A stretch of DNA of 40,298 nucleotides, from positions 1-40,298 of the forward strand of contig JAANOX010000148.1 of assembly GCA_020184695.1 (NCBI GenBank), read 5' to 3'. This DNA comes from Histomonas meleagridis 2922-C6/04-290x. Lineage: Eukaryota; Protista; Parabasalia. This document shows, in pieces, positions 37,001 through 40,298 of the stretch. Positions within the stretch are counted from its first letter, which is position 1. The number at the start of each line of letters is the position of its first letter. The position numbers and the translations under genes are program-made. Below the pieces are notes generated by a model. That model did not search any database, was not told where the DNA came from, and saw nothing but the letters and a program-made list of their open reading frames with translations.

Positions 37001-37323
37001 TTGTAAAATCTGTAAAATTAAAATATATTTTTTTATAATGTTTTAAGAAAACAATTGCTTTTATATAAAAAGAATATAATTTCATTGATTCTATTCCAAG
37101 TATCAAATGCAAACTTAAATATGCAAAATTAAAACATAATTGATTTGATAATGTTGTAAGAATACAATTGCTTTTATATAAAAAGAATATAATTTTATAA
37201 AATTTCATTGATTTGATTTCCAAGAATCAAATGCAAAACTTAAATCTGTGGGAATTCACATAAGAGTGCAATTTTTGTTAATTAAATGGAAGTAAAGTAG
37301 CCACAAAATTCAACCCATACAAT

Positions 37324-37990
37324 ATGGACGATCAAAAATTGCGGTTACACAGTTGAAAGTCCTCAATTGTTTTGTCAAATCGCCGAGCGATCAGCCTCTC
37401 AATTTAAGTTCATTGTAATCGGTTTGCAGTGGGAGCAGGAAAAACATCCATGGTTCGACGTCTAGTTGATAATAAATTTGTTAAAGGAACACAAAGTACA
37501 GTTGATTGAATCATTTTGCCAAGCTTGCAAACGATTGAAGGTCGCACTGTTAAATGATGATTTGGGACCACAGCCCGTCAAGAGCGTTTCTATACGATTG
37601 CTAAAGCATATATTCGACGTGCTTTAAGAGTTGTTTTAGTTTTTCGGACGTCACGGGATCGTAAAAGTTTCCGATCAATTGCCACGTTGGCTTCGAGATG
37701 CACGGCTTGAAGCGGATCCACATTGTAGTGTTATATTAGTTGGTAATGGGTGTGATCTTGCAGCAGAACGCGTTGTTTCTAAAGAAGAAGCGCAAGATTT
37801 TGCACGCTCGCATGAACTTTCATATGTTGAAACATCAGCAGCAGATAATATTTGCATTGAAGAAGTTTTTATGCGTACGGAGTTCAGATTTTACTTCGAA
37901 AAGTTGCGAGTGGAGAAATTAATGCCGGAACAGCTACACCATCAGGTGGTGCGCCTTACAGTTAATATCAGGCCGAAACCAAATCCTTAG
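37324..37990 (+). CDS. Rab-family small GTPase (Rab2/4/14-like), multiple frameshifts probably from read errors
   Basis: Pieces of FKFIVIG..GAGKTSMVRRLVDNKF, WDT(AG)QERFYTIAKAY, SFDQLPRWLRDAR, ILVGNxCDL and YVETSA. Confidence 0.85.
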
Positions 37991-39326
37991 AAACCTCGAA
38001 ATGCGGTTGCTAAACATAATTAAGATCCCATTTTTCTATATTTCTTTGTTTAAATAACATCTTTACTTTTATAGTTTAAAAACATTTGTATATTTTTGTT
38101 AATTTTCTATTTAACATTTCTAATTAACAATCTATCATAAAATTCATTATCAAATATTAAAATAAATACACCATTAGCAATCACAAGTTGAGCAAATTTT
38201 TTTAAACAAACAAATTTAATATAAAAGATACAACCAAAGCCAATCGCGCAATTCGATATTTTTATCCAACGTTAAGAGATATTTTTAACGTATGATTTCT
38301 GACCGTTTAAATGTTTCATGTAAACTCTTCAAAAAATTGTATCTTTTGACGTTTACAATTTAACTTCTCTAACAAAATTTAAACAAATCACATTCTTTGG
38401 ATGCATTCAACCTCCCTAAGATTTCTTTCAGGAATTTCATTTCATAGGCGGATATTTCTTTATTCATAAATTATATGTTCAATTGTTAGTTGCATTGGAT
38501 TTGCTGTTTTATCTGAATGGAGCAAACTTAGATATGATCATTCAACACACTCAGAAAATTTTAATCACAGCTTGTATATTCTCTATATTATGAAAACCAT
38601 TTCATGGATTACGCCTGTTGTTTTTATTTTTTGGTGTGTTATTAATTTTAATGAGTTCTAAAGCAAAGTTTGCTGATAGTTATCTGTTTATCTTGTTTTA
38701 ATCATTTTGCTGCTAACAGCACTATTAAATTTTTCTTCTGATGTTTGTTGTTATGCTTACTCAACACCAGCGAAATGCCAAGAAATAAATCAGACAATTA
38801 ATCAAACACAAGATTTGAGATTTAATGAAGAAGTCTACAAAAATATCATACAAAAAACAATTGCATTCTTTGTTATATATCATTGCATTTTCTCTTGTGC
38901 TTTGGATTGTGACTTTGTTTATTGAGTTGTTGTCCAATAACAAGAAAGGTGCTTCACATGGAAGTAAAGCCAAAATCCGCATGTAAATATTCTTATTGCG
39001 AATATTTTTATTAATATTTAAATTTATATTTGTGAATATGGTCAATTTGTAATATTAAATTTTTTGTTACTAAAAATGAATAGTTATTAATATTTTTTTA
39101 AAATAATGATATCATAATTAGAATATCATTTGTTTATATTTTTTTGTTTGATAAATAATGAAAGAAATAGAATAGTAATAAAATATCTACTCGATTGTCA
39201 TATGTTTCAACTTGCCTAAATTAACATTTTTACAGTTTATAGTTTAAAACATTTATTTGACTTTGTTGTTTTTTTATCATCACCGAACAAAGAAGAAAAA
39301 AATAAAATAAAATAAACGGCCGCCAC

Positions 39327-40108
39327 ATGAAAAGAATGAAAATTGGAAAAGTTTTGGAAGGATTCATTCTTACAATTATTTCATGTACTATTGCAATGAT
39401 TATCAGGAATTTCAATGTTTTAGACTATAAATATTCTGTTGGAATTTCTTCTGACTTTCTTTGAGGAAAAGATAAATTTATATGTTGATATTCTTCGAAT
39501 TTTCTCTGTTTTTCTATGCACACTTTCAAACTATTCAAAATTGGTTTTAAATCCATTATTTATTCTTCACGTTGCAAATAAAGGGAACGACATCTTTTTT
39601 GTTTCTTTGCTTTCATTAATTCTTTCTTCATCTTATTCATGTTATGGAACTATCATCATATCATTTCTTCGACATTTATTTATAACCCCACAACCAGGTG
39701 TTAATCTTCTTTGGCTTTTTGATTCACATTCTCTTGTTGACTTCAGGACAATTATGCGCAATATTGTACTTTCATATCAACTTCTTGAGGAATTTATTCT
39801 TCGACATTTCCATAATTCAAGTATGTACATGTTAATATATTTCATTTATGATCCATGGCAAAGGATTGGACAACGATTTACCTCTTTTTTGAAATGTTTC
39901 GACCATATTTAACAAAAAACGGAAAATTAAACGTCATTTGCATTTGTTTGCGTTTGGTTTTGCTCCTTTGTCAGTCTCGCTTTATTCGTGGTGGACAATC
40001 AAAGTCGGAAATGCGAATTTTGCGATGATTGGCGCAATCATTTGTTCTGTCGCGTGCATCATCGCTTTGCTTCAATTAACTGAAAAAAAAAAAAAAAGAA
40101 AATGTTAA
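39327..40108 (+). CDS. Divergent PIG-U/CDC91 (GPI transamidase subunit)-like multi-TM protein, at least 2 frameshifts
   Basis: Joined frames give LNPLFIL..ND, TPQPGVNLLWLF, YDPWQRIG and LYSWWTIKVGNANF. These are in the same order as PIG-U motifs LNP..IL, TPNIGLFWYF, FKSYPTVGD and LWHLWIYAGSANSNF (recalled, not searched). Confidence 0.5.
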
Positions 40109-40298
40109 ATAATATTTAAATAAATATATTAGAAATGTATAAAAGAAATAATAATTAAAATTTTCTTCATTTCCACTTATGTTTTGAGTGCATATTTAAC
40201 TGGTTTAAGATATTTGGCACGACGTGGCTCTTGGTGAGTTTGTTGGCATATTTGACAAAGAACTTTGCGTTGTGATTTAACTTGCTTCTTGAACGAAG

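Larger units (their letters stand above)
27124..37148. repeat. Right arm of the inverted duplication
   Basis: Reverse complement of 1-10375, with indels and several ~80-150 bp deletions relative to the left arm. Confidence 0.95.

Noticed and set aside
37149-37250. Short tandem duplication at the outer end of the right arm
   Set aside because: It is an error-rich copy of 37050-37135 in a low-quality region and is most likely an assembly or read artefact.
5236-37990. Functional cluster of clathrin, PTEN and Rab (membrane traffic)
   Set aside because: These are unlinked housekeeping-type genes with no shared regulatory evidence, and co-location is plausible by chance.

Overview
Eukaryotic, very AT-rich genomic DNA with no recognisable GT-AG introns. 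The source is probably a parabasalid protist (Trichomonas/Tritrichomonas-like); this is inferred from TCA(C/T)T Inr elements just upstream of ATGs and DUF3447-type ankyrin genes. The consensus is noisy, with many homopolymer frameshifts, two Ns and garbled patches, so broken ORFs are often sequencing error. Bases 1-10375 are the reverse complement of about 27124-37148. Each arm carries a 3-TM membrane protein gene, a CBM20-CBM20-DUF3447/ankyrin gene, an 82-bp tandem repeat and a full clathrin heavy chain gene. The 16.7-kb single-copy spacer holds PTEN, a MITE, a pogo-like DDE transposon, a second DUF3447/ankyrin gene, a TMEM43-like gene, two hypothetical genes and a GT17 glycosyltransferase. 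A frameshifted Rab GTPase and a PIG-U-like gene follow the right arm. The most unusual signal is that every ankyrin repeat in both ankyrin gene families is interrupted at the same position, between NAKD and TAL. The insert is an AT-rich spacer of about 80 nt that carries stops and frameshifts, and no GT-AG pair that I could find restores the frame. The coding modules stay intact. This suggests an unrecognised intron-like or recoding mechanism, or a silent cassette array.
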